This document shows positions 16,195-24,096 of a stretch of 24,305 nucleotides of DNA, in pieces (position 1 is the stretch's first letter; each line of letters begins with the position of its first letter). The notes under the pieces were generated by a model that was given only the letters and a program-made list of their open reading frames with translations, was not told the origin of the DNA and ran no database searches. A program made the translations under genes and the position numbers. Source of the stretch: Candidatus Nanohaloarchaea archaeon (GTDB lineage: Archaea > Nanohalarchaeota > Nanosalinia > Nanosalinales > Nanosalinaceae); the NCBI GenBank assembly GCA_046539225.1, contig JBKHHG010000008.1, positions 1-24,305 of the forward strand, read 5' to 3'.

Positions 16195-17721
16195 ATGCCG
16201 GAAGACAAGTATATCTTCGTTACTGGCGGTGTTCTATCAGGCCTGGGAAAAGGCCTTGTCGCTGCAAGCGTATCAAAACTTCTACAGCTTCGAAACGTTG
16301 AGATTGAGCCTGTCAAGTGTGATGGCTATCTCAACGTCGACCCTGGAACGATGAACCCGGAGGAGCACGGCGAGGTCTACGTGCTTGAGGACGGGACTGA
16401 GGTCGACATGGACTTCGGGCATTACGAACGCTTTCTGGACATCGAGTTAACCGGCGAAAGAAACCTGACCTCGGGGAAAATTTTCCAGGAAGTCATCCAG
16501 AACGAGAGAAACGGCGACTACCTGGGAGAAACAGTCCAGATGATTCCACACGTCACAGACCTGATAAAACAGAAATTCAAGACAGATGCGGACGTTACAG
16601 TTATAGAAGTCGGTGGAACAGTAGGAGACATCGAAAACATGCTCTACCTCGAGGCCTTGCGACAGCTACAGGGAGAAAACAGTTTCCATATTCATGTTAC
16701 GCTTGTTCCATACCTTGAAACCACCGGCGAGCAGAAGACAAAGCCCACGCAGCATTCAGTAAAAGAACTCAGGTCTATAGGCCTTCAACCCGACATGATA
16801 GTCGGAAGAAACCAGGAAAGACTTGAAGAAGATATAAGGGAGAAGATCAGCCTTTTCACAGATGTTGGAGAGGATTCAGTTATCTCTGATCCAAACCTTG
16901 ATACTGTGTACAGACTGCCGCTTGTATTTGACAGGCAGGACGTCGATAAAATTATAGCTGAAGATCTAAGTCTTCCTGAAAGATCTGAAGGCCTTGAGGC
17001 CTGGAGTGAAAAGGTTGAAAACATTGTGAAGCCTGGAGAAAAAAGAATCGGGGTTTACGGCAAGTACACCGGCATGGACGACTCCTACGCCTCGATAGAA
17101 GAAGCCGTGAAGCATTCAGAGGCGGAAACCGGTGTAAACGTTGAACTGGAGTATATTGACTCGGAGAACCCTGAAGATCCTGAAAAGTTTGATGGCATCA
17201 TAATTCCCGGAGGATTCGGCCAGAGAGGTATAGAAGGCAAGATTCAGGCCTTGAAAAAAGCCCGTGAAAACGGTATACCGGCTTTAGGCCTCTGCCTGGG
17301 GATGCAGCTGATGGTTATCGAGTTCTGCAGGAACATCCTCGGAATGGATGCAACCTCGGGAGAGTTTGACCAGGAGGGTAGAAACGTCGTGAAGCAGATG
17401 CCTGAACAGGAAGACGTCGAGCAGAAAGGCGGAACCATGAGGCTTGGGGGCTACGAGGCAGAGCTCTCAGGAAAAATAGCAGAGATCTACGGCTCGGATA
17501 AGGTTACAGAGAGGCATAGACACCGTTACGAAGTCGATCCCGAACTTGTGGAAAAGCTGGAGAAAAAAGGCCTGAAGATCGAAGGATTCCACGGAGAGCT
17601 GCCGGAGTTCTCCCGCCTTGAAAACCATGGCTTCTACATCGGGACGCAGGCCCATCCAGAGTTCAACTCCACGGTCGAAAACCCGAGCCCTCTCTTCTCA
17701 AGGTTTCTGAACTCCCTATGA
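16195..17721 (+). CDS. pyrG: CTP synthase
   Basis: KYIFVTGGVLSGLGKG, YLNVDPGTMNPEEHGEV, KTKPTQHSV, and a GATase domain with PGGFG, GLCLGMQ, RHRHRYE and QAHPEF. Confidence 0.98.
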   Translation: MPEDKYIFVTGGVLSGLGKGLVAASVSKLLQLRNVEIEPVKCDGYLNVDPGTMNPEEHGEVYVLEDGTEVDMDFGHYERFLDIELTGERNLTSGKIFQEVIQNERNGDYLGETVQMIPHVTDLIKQKFKTDADVTVIEVGGTVGDIENMLYLEALRQLQGENSFHIHVTLVPYLETTGEQKTKPTQHSVKELRSIGLQPDMIVGRNQERLEEDIREKISLFTDVGEDSVISDPNLDTVYRLPLVFDRQDVDKIIAEDLSLPERSEGLEAWSEKVENIVKPGEKRIGVYGKYTGMDDSYASIEEAVKHSEAETGVNVELEYIDSENPEDPEKFDGIIIPGGFGQRGIEGKIQALKKARENGIPALGLCLGMQLMVIEFCRNILGMDATSGEFDQEGRNVVKQMPEQEDVEQKGGTMRLGGYEAELSGKIAEIYGSDKVTERHRHRYEVDPELVEKLEKKGLKIEGFHGELPEFSRLENHGFYIGTQAHPEFNSTVENPSPLFSRFLNSL

Positions 17722-18233
17722 TCTATAAACCCCGGGAAGACACTTACCTGCTGAAGAAAGCTGTGGAAGATAGGGATCTAAAAGGCCTTAAAGTTCTCGA
17801 GATCGGAACAGGCTCAGGCCTAATAGCTGAAACAGCTTTAGAGAATGGAGCAGACGTTACCGCGACAGACATCAACCCTGAGGCCTTGAAGCAGCTTCCT
17901 GAAGAAGTTGAAGGAATTGAATCCGATCTTTTCGAGAATGTTGAGGGAAGATTTGACCTGATCCTCTTCAATCCGCCTTATCTTCCAGGAGAAGAATCGG
18001 AGGCCTCGATGAAGGGTTCTGAGACCTGGTTCGGCGGGGAATCTGGTGTAGATGTCCTGGAAGATTTTTTGAATAGTTGCGGTAGTTACCTAAATAACGA
18101 GGGTGAGGCCTTTTTGGTGATGAGCAGCCTTTCTAAGTTTGAAGAAGTGGTGGAGAAGTTTGGTCTTGAAAAAATCAGTGAAAAAAAGCTTTTCTTTGAA
18201 AGGCTGTACCTGATGCGGTACTGCGTAGAGTAA
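17718..18233 (+). CDS. HemK2/MTQ2-family (release factor glutamine) methyltransferase
   Basis: IYKPREDTYLL, VLEIGTGSG and LFNPPYLP; ATGA overlap with pyrG. Confidence 0.92.
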   Translation: MIYKPREDTYLLKKAVEDRDLKGLKVLEIGTGSGLIAETALENGADVTATDINPEALKQLPEEVEGIESDLFENVEGRFDLILFNPPYLPGEESEASMKGSETWFGGESGVDVLEDFLNSCGSYLNNEGEAFLVMSSLSKFEEVVEKFGLEKISEKKLFFERLYLMRYCVE

Positions 18234-18234
18234 G

Positions 18235-18241
18235 TTTTTAA
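18235..18241 (+). promoter_or_regulatory. TATA box for the surface protein gene
   Basis: TTTTTAA starts 31 nt before ATG 18266. Confidence 0.5.
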
Positions 18242-18265
18242 TCAAGGAGGGATAGATATATTTTT

Positions 18266-21028
18266 ATGCGAACCAGAACAGTAAAGTTTTTTCTACTGAT
18301 AGCGGCTTTAGGCCTTTTAGCCGGGGCTGTCTCGGCGGACTGGAGCTTTGAACCCAATGATTACAACCTTGACGCGGTTTCCAACGACAGCAACGCCATC
18401 TACACCACGGATCTAATCGAGGATAGCACGGGCGAAGCTCTATCCCCTGAGGATATCGCCAACTTTACCGCCGGGGAAGGCGGCGACAACAACAATACTT
18501 ACGTTATGTACGAGTACGAAAAACTTAACCGGAGTTCCGGCAACATAACTACTTTTAACCAGACTCTTTCTTACAGCGACAAGTTTGAAACCTGGTACGC
18601 GGAGTTCACTCCCTACAACGAAAACCTGTCTCAGCTGACTTTCAAGGCTAGAGGCGACTCGGATGTCAGCGGCCATACTTCTTCAGGCGGCGAGGTCACG
18701 GAGAATGTGGATGCAGAGATGCAGGATTCCGATGTTGATCTGCTTACAGAACTTGAAAGCCCAATCAAGGCGGATAAAGAGGTCAAGATGGATGTAAGGG
18801 TGATGAACTCTTCAAGCGGTAATCCTATTGATGTCAACGAGACGGATGTAACCGTATACTTCCACAACCTTTCGGAACAGGGCGAGGTCTTTGAACTCAA
18901 CAACTACAACAATGATCCTCTTCAGGACGGCGGGCAGTACCACCACAACGCAGAGGTTAGAACCCCTGCACCGACTAACTCCTCGTTTATCATGAGGGTG
19001 GAGGCCGACTCCGGAAGCTCGAAAGGTTCAGAATCAATTTTCGTAGATACAGCGCCCGCAATCCAGGGAGATATAGCCTCTATCTCATCGCCTGGATGCA
19101 GCAATGAAGACGTGCCCAGAGACTGCGATCCCGATGCCGAAATAGATACAGAGTTTGACGTGACAGAGGCGGGAGCTGAAGGAGTAAACCTCACCATCTA
19201 CAGGAAGAACATTACTTCAGGAGAATGGGAAAACGTTTCCCGGGAGGAAATGGGGGAGGCCTCAGCTAACGACGGCGCTTTACAGACCTTTGACACCAAC
19301 GCGACCCTCCCCGACCTGAATACCTCGGAATTCGAGAAGAAAGCGAAGCTGAACTACCATGCCTGGAACCAGGACAGAAACTTTGACCAGAACCATACCG
19401 TCGATCTGAAAACATTTGTTATAGAGGACAGGAGCAACCCGACAGCTTTCAAGTCCCGTGAACACGTTATAACGCTTTTCCTTGGAAGAGAGTTCAGCAG
19501 GAGTTCCTACGACAGTTCAAGGTTTGAAGAACTTAACGTCACACTTAGAGGCCCTGAAAACGAGTTCAACGAATCCTACAGCATGGAAGACTTTGAATAC
19601 CTTGATGATGATGGAACGTTGACCAAATCTATAACGATCCCTGGGGAAGAGGCCTCTGGAGCCTATGAACTTGGGGTCTCGGCTGAAGACCTTTTCGGAG
19701 AGACGAAATCCATTACGCGAGGCCTCAAGGTGAGAGACGTTAACTCGACTTTTTCAGCAGATGAAGAGCTCGACCTTGAATACAGCTCCCTCGGCGTCTT
19801 TAACGAGACTATAACTCTTGAAAACCTTGTCAATGAGCTCAATACTCTTGAAGTTGTCAACGAAAACGAGAACCTCAGCACATCCAGCTACGTTGATCTC
19901 GAGGCAGATGAAGAGAAACAGGTTGATCTCCAAGTAAACGTTTCAGACCCTGTCAGCTTTGAATCACCTATAGAGTTTGTGGACTCGTCAGCCCAGTACA
20001 ACGAGACCACAACCGTCTCTGTACAGGGGCCTAACTGCGAAATCCGGGACGAGGATCTATGCGCCAACCGGAGCTCGGTAGATGTATCCACAGGCGAAGA
20101 AACCGTTCAAACTGAGGATATAGGCCTCACAAACCTTGGAGATGAAGAGATGGAGGCCTCCGTAAAGATTACAGGCAACGCGTCACAGGCCTTCTCCGCC
20201 GAGGAAAACATTACTTTGGATGGACATAATAATCTTGAGCTTGATTTCTCGCCAGAGTTCTCAGGCCTTTACAGCGGCGATCTCGAGATAGAGACGGAAG
20301 AATACATGACATCTCTTGATCTGACTGGAGAAGCAGATATATCGGATCAAGGAGAGGCCTCTTTACAGGTCTCTCCTTCCACGATCGATATGGGCAGCTT
20401 ACCAGAAGGAGAACCATACGAAGCGGAACTAACGGTGGAAAACACAGGCGATGTTTCAATCGAGGATATAACCACTGCCTCAGATCTTAACATCGATGTT
20501 GAAGAGTTCAGTCTTTCGCCTGGCGAATCAAAACAGTTAGAGTTTACTATTGAAGAGCCAGCTTCCGGTTCAATAGTGTTTGCAGGCAACAGTTCGCAGG
20601 ACGAGGCCTCATTCACCGTAGATGTTTCAGGAGAGGTTATCGAGGACTACTCGGAGAGAACCAGTGAACTGAGTTCAAGGATGAACGACCTGAGATCCCA
20701 GACAGACGATTCATCTCTTGAATCCGACCTGACAGAGGTTTCCGGAATGATCGACAGTATTGAAACCCAGTGGGAGAGAGGAGACTACGACGAAGCAAGA
20801 TCAACATTCGAGGAGGCCCAAGGGATTCTTGACAGTGTAGAAAGAGATATGGCCTCAGATTCGACACCGGATGACCAACAGCAGGAAGAGGAAGAGGAAA
20901 ATGGAGGACCCCCTATAATCCCGATTTTAGGGGTAGTCTTCGTGTTGATGCTTGTCGGAGCAGTAGTATTCTACGAAAGCTACATACCTGAAGAAGGCGA
21001 TCCGCTCTACGGCGTGATGGGAGAATGA
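18266..21028 (+). CDS. Large secreted, membrane-anchored surface glycoprotein (beta-rich/Ig-like repeats, helical stalk, C-terminal TM)
   Basis: Sec signal peptide ending AVSA. More than 25 N-x-S/T sequons. Repeated (I/L)x(L/V)xN-[LT]-[GV] Ig-like motifs. Helical acidic segment, then a single TM helix near the C-terminus. Confidence 0.88.
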   Translation: MRTRTVKFFLLIAALGLLAGAVSADWSFEPNDYNLDAVSNDSNAIYTTDLIEDSTGEALSPEDIANFTAGEGGDNNNTYVMYEYEKLNRSSGNITTFNQTLSYSDKFETWYAEFTPYNENLSQLTFKARGDSDVSGHTSSGGEVTENVDAEMQDSDVDLLTELESPIKADKEVKMDVRVMNSSSGNPIDVNETDVTVYFHNLSEQGEVFELNNYNNDPLQDGGQYHHNAEVRTPAPTNSSFIMRVEADSGSSKGSESIFVDTAPAIQGDIASISSPGCSNEDVPRDCDPDAEIDTEFDVTEAGAEGVNLTIYRKNITSGEWENVSREEMGEASANDGALQTFDTNATLPDLNTSEFEKKAKLNYHAWNQDRNFDQNHTVDLKTFVIEDRSNPTAFKSREHVITLFLGREFSRSSYDSSRFEELNVTLRGPENEFNESYSMEDFEYLDDDGTLTKSITIPGEEASGAYELGVSAEDLFGETKSITRGLKVRDVNSTFSADEELDLEYSSLGVFNETITLENLVNELNTLEVVNENENLSTSSYVDLEADEEKQVDLQVNVSDPVSFESPIEFVDSSAQYNETTTVSVQGPNCEIRDEDLCANRSSVDVSTGEETVQTEDIGLTNLGDEEMEASVKITGNASQAFSAEENITLDGHNNLELDFSPEFSGLYSGDLEIETEEYMTSLDLTGEADISDQGEASLQVSPSTIDMGSLPEGEPYEAELTVENTGDVSIEDITTASDLNIDVEEFSLSPGESKQLEFTIEEPASGSIVFAGNSSQDEASFTVDVSGEVIEDYSERTSELSSRMNDLRSQTDDSSLESDLTEVSGMIDSIETQWERGDYDEARSTFEEAQGILDSVERDMASDSTPDDQQQEEEEENGGPPIIPILGVVFVLMLVGAVVFYESYIPEEGDPLYGVMGE

Positions 21029-21465
21029 TCGAACAGATTACAGGCCTTCCGGAGCCAGTGCTCACCGGTTTAATCCTCGTGCTTCTTGTAGGAGCACTGA
21101 TTGTAGCGTTCAAAGTCATGGAGATGATTTTCGACACAATAACGATCGCCACATTGTCTGGAGCGCTTTACCTCGGGCTTACGTACATGACTGAGGCGCC
21201 TTTCCAATTGAACGACCTACTGCTTTTCTCATTCCTCGGCGCATCAGTCTACATGCTGTACAGCTTCCTATCAACCCTGATCTCCACAACCTCGACAGCC
21301 ATAAAAATCCCTCTCACTATAATCCTTGGAATCTACAGGCCTCTAAAATCAGGCCTCAAATCCGGCTACAGACACATCAAACTAAAGATCCGGGACATGA
21401 GAGAAGAAGAGATACAGGAAGAAAAAGATAGATCCACGAAAGAAGTCGTCCTCAACTCAGACTAA
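21025..21465 (+). CDS. Membrane protein (3-4 TM, charged C-terminal tail)
   Basis: Hydrophobic helices; ATGA overlap with the surface protein gene. Confidence 0.78.
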   Translation: MIEQITGLPEPVLTGLILVLLVGALIVAFKVMEMIFDTITIATLSGALYLGLTYMTEAPFQLNDLLLFSFLGASVYMLYSFLSTLISTTSTAIKIPLTIILGIYRPLKSGLKSGYRHIKLKIRDMREEEIQEEKDRSTKEVVLNSD

Positions 21466-22008
21466 ATCCTTCAAGACACGGTCAACTTCTTTTTCGGTCG
21501 GAGAGGCCCGCGCCAAAAGATCACCAAGCTCCTCACTCGTTCTCTCCCTGAGAAAATCAAGTCTATCACCCGGAGCGTTTCTCCCCTCAGGTTTCAAGGC
21601 CTGATGCATCACCACTGCAGCAGCATGGCTCAGATTCAACGAACTGTAGTCAGAAGTTTCAATGTGGACAGTGGCGTCGCATCTCTCCAGCTCCGCGTTG
21701 GAAAGCCCCGAAGACTCCCTGCCCAACATTATCGAAGTATTCTCCCTGAACCTGAAGCTTGAGGCCTCAACACCTCTACCCGGTTTTGTACCCACAACAA
21801 ACTCCAGGCCTTCAACCGCTTCATCCACAGAACCATAGATCCTTGAATCACGGAGAACCTGCTGCGCGTTGTTCGCTGTCTCCCTCGCATCCTCAAGGTT
21901 GAAACATGGATCAACCAGTCTCATTTCAAAACCAAAGTTGGCGCAGAGCCTTGCAATAAAACCGGTGTTCTCCGGTGTCTCCGGCTCCACAACAACTACA
22001 GATCTCAT
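21457..22008 (-). CDS. SPOUT RNA 2'-O-methyltransferase, TrmJ/TrmH family
   Basis: VVVVEPETPENTGFIARLCANFG, LGRESSGLSNAEL and YSSLNLSHAAAV. Confidence 0.92.
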   Translation of the reverse strand: MRSVVVVEPETPENTGFIARLCANFGFEMRLVDPCFNLEDARETANNAQQVLRDSRIYGSVDEAVEGLEFVVGTKPGRGVEASSFRFRENTSIMLGRESSGLSNAELERCDATVHIETSDYSSLNLSHAAAVVMHQALKPEGRNAPGDRLDFLRERTSEELGDLLARASPTEKEVDRVLKDLV

Positions 22009-22034
22009 CAGGAAAAAATTTGGACGTGAAACGG

Positions 22035-22044
22035 TTTTATATTT
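22035..22044. promoter_or_regulatory. Single bidirectional TATA element
   Basis: TTTTATATTT begins 31 nt before + ATG 22066. Read as AAATATAAAA, it lies 27-36 nt before - ATG 22008. Confidence 0.55.
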
Positions 22045-22065
22045 CGCCGCAAAGAAAATGCTTGT

Positions 22066-22722
22066 ATGGAAGGTAAGATAGTCGCGGCAACATTTACAAC
22101 CCTGGCGCTGGTATTCGCCGGGATGTCAGGCACATCCGTCAACACAGATGTAGACGAGGTTTTGCCCTCGGAATCGCCTGTAAACGGGCTGACACCTTCC
22201 TTCGATATTGTCGACTCGTTAATGGAGAACCCTGAAGCCGAGAACCCGGCAAAGATCGAAATACAGTTGAAAGACAGGCCTCAACTCAACATCGAAACAG
22301 AAAAACTTGAAGTAGAAGGCCTGAAAACGGTTGAGAGCAGCGTAGGAATTCAGTCAGAAGAAGACCTCATTTTTGAGCCATTCACAGGCAACATAAAAAT
22401 GGATGAAAACAAGACCTCTATAACAGGTTCAGCGGAAGGATTCAGCAACTCCCGTATAAACGTAACCTCAAAGATAGGAATCGACCAAGAAGTAGAGACA
22501 GAGCTTTTAGAGGCCTCAGGCCTTGAAAGAAACAGTTTCACTCTCCAGACTGAGAGAGTTCAGTTAGAGGCCAAGAACGGTAGCTCAAATATAGACCAGA
22601 AAGATCAAGAAGTCGAGATAACTTCTTTCACCGGAGACCTCGACTTTGAACCTCCAAACAGTTTGAAGTTTGACGGAGAAGTCGCAACGGTCAACGCAGG
22701 CCAGACCAGTTTCGGAAACTGA
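22066..22722 (+). CDS. Secreted or membrane-anchored beta-rich hypothetical protein
   Basis: N-terminal hydrophobic segment followed by an acidic beta-strand pattern, with two similar segments (FEPFTGNIKM; ITSFTGDLDF). Confidence 0.78.
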   Translation: MEGKIVAATFTTLALVFAGMSGTSVNTDVDEVLPSESPVNGLTPSFDIVDSLMENPEAENPAKIEIQLKDRPQLNIETEKLEVEGLKTVESSVGIQSEEDLIFEPFTGNIKMDENKTSITGSAEGFSNSRINVTSKIGIDQEVETELLEASGLERNSFTLQTERVQLEAKNGSSNIDQKDQEVEITSFTGDLDFEPPNSLKFDGEVATVNAGQTSFGN

Positions 22723-22760
22723 ACTTATCTTGAAAAAGCTTCGATCCTTCAAACATTTAC

Positions 22761-24026
22761 ATGAGCATTACAGCATCCCTACTCAACGCCGATTTTTCAC
22801 AGGTATTCATAGTTTTACAGGTACTATCATTCCTGCTGTTCTTCGCAATGATATTCTTCCTTCCAAAGCTTATTGTCTGGCAGGCCAACAGGAGAATGAA
22901 CTCTGCCATACTCGACCTGAAGGCCTTCCACAACGACGCGGAAGAATACTTCCTTGAAAACATGAAACCCTTGAGCAACTTCGAGGAAAAGTACGACTCG
23001 ATGAAGAACTTCCAGATCTCCGAGCCAACCTCGCTCGACCCGGCCGGAATGGTCGACAGGCTTGAAAACGTTCTCAACGCCTCAGACCACAAGTTCAAAC
23101 GTTTCGTTGAGAAAAACGCGGACACAGAAGACGAGGAAGAACTTGCAGACCTCAAAATGGCTTTCCAGGGAGTAGTAGGTACACACCAGATGAAGAAAGC
23201 CGTGCAACACTTTAAAGAGCTTATCAACAAGACAGGCAACTTCCAGATTGTCACGCTCGTTCAGATGATGCTCCCGATCTACAAAGAGCTCGCTGAATCC
23301 CAGAAAGGAGCAACCCGGGCCTTTTCAGACAACGCACCGATCGGAGACGGGATAGGCCCGATGATTGCCGCAAAAATGATCACGGAACAGCCTGAAGAAA
23401 TCGCCGACGAGATAGTCCACAGCGAGGAAAAGATCGACGAACAGAAAGTCCACGTCATCAAATCAAAGGGTCCAGGGGCTCGACTCGGAAAGTACGGAGA
23501 AGCAGTGGAAAAAGTAACGGAGGAAAACGACTTAGAGGCCTTTATAACCGTTGACGCAGCCTCAAAGCTTGAATCAGAGAAGACAGGATCCGTCAACGAA
23601 GGCGTCGGAGTAATGATGGGAGGCCCAGGCGTAGAAAAATCAAGGATAGAAGAAGTCGCCGTCGAACACGACATCCCGCTTGAAGGAATCGCTGTAAAAC
23701 AGTCAGCGCCAGAAGCCGCCAAACCCATGAAGAAAGAGATCTTCGAGGCCTGGAAACCCGGCAGAAAAAAAGTAGAGGAACTCGTCAAAGAGTTTGACGG
23801 AGAAGTCGCTGTAATCGGCGTCGGCAACACCTGCGGAGTCGGAAACACCCGGGAAGAAACTCAGGGAATCCACAACAAACTCAGAAAGTACTGGAAAGAG
23901 TACGAAGAACAGGACGAAGACGAAGTCTCCCAGATGGGTCTCATGTCAATGTTCGGTGGAGGCGGACAAGCAAAAGAACTCCAAGAAAAAACCAAGTCCA
24001 TAATGTGGCGAATGCCACATCTTTGA
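22761..24026 (+). CDS. DUF1512-family membrane-anchored protein
   Basis: N-terminal TM, then PIGDGIGPMIA, GPGARLG, TVDAASKLESEKTGSVNEGVGVMMGGPGVEK and VIGVGNTCGVG, matching the archaeal DUF1512 pattern as I recall it. Confidence 0.85.
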   Translation: MSITASLLNADFSQVFIVLQVLSFLLFFAMIFFLPKLIVWQANRRMNSAILDLKAFHNDAEEYFLENMKPLSNFEEKYDSMKNFQISEPTSLDPAGMVDRLENVLNASDHKFKRFVEKNADTEDEEELADLKMAFQGVVGTHQMKKAVQHFKELINKTGNFQIVTLVQMMLPIYKELAESQKGATRAFSDNAPIGDGIGPMIAAKMITEQPEEIADEIVHSEEKIDEQKVHVIKSKGPGARLGKYGEAVEKVTEENDLEAFITVDAASKLESEKTGSVNEGVGVMMGGPGVEKSRIEEVAVEHDIPLEGIAVKQSAPEAAKPMKKEIFEAWKPGRKKVEELVKEFDGEVAVIGVGNTCGVGNTREETQGIHNKLRKYWKEYEEQDEDEVSQMGLMSMFGGGGQAKELQEKTKSIMWRMPHL

Positions 24027-24096
24027 TAGGAACAAAAACATCTCATAGTATACACCATTCCTTTTTTATTCCACTTTATCGCATCTAACTTTTAGG

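Larger units (their letters stand above)
85..23751. repeat. Dispersed highly iterated palindrome AGGCCT (about 110 copies)
   Basis: Hand count of about 110 copies from position 85 to 23746, e.g. 85, 179, 442, 593, 846, 1063, 1349, 1364, 1413, 16239, 16251, 16989, 16997, 22511 and 22518. Confidence 0.95.

Noticed and set aside
17718..18233. NPPY methyltransferase as the DNA methylase for AGGCCT
   Set aside because: The YxPxEDT N-terminus, small size and position in the rsmA gene string identify it as a HemK2/MTQ2 protein methyltransferase. No DNA methyltransferase is visible in the window.
22066..22140. Possible class III (pilin) signal peptide in MEGKIVAATF
   Set aside because: It lacks the K/R-G/A cleavage motif directly before the hydrophobic stretch; an ordinary signal anchor is more likely.
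277..23743. Other frequent palindromes (AAGCTT, AGATCT, GTCGAC) and scarcity of CTAG
   Set aside because: Rough counts are only in the teens to about 20, plausibly explained by common codon pairs (KL, EI/DL, VD). CTAG avoidance is widespread in prokaryotes.
85..23751. AGGCCT copies as a CRISPR array, MITE/REP family or cloning scars
   Set aside because: Spacing is irregular, only 6 bp are shared, flanks are unrelated, and copies sit in frame inside intact conserved genes.
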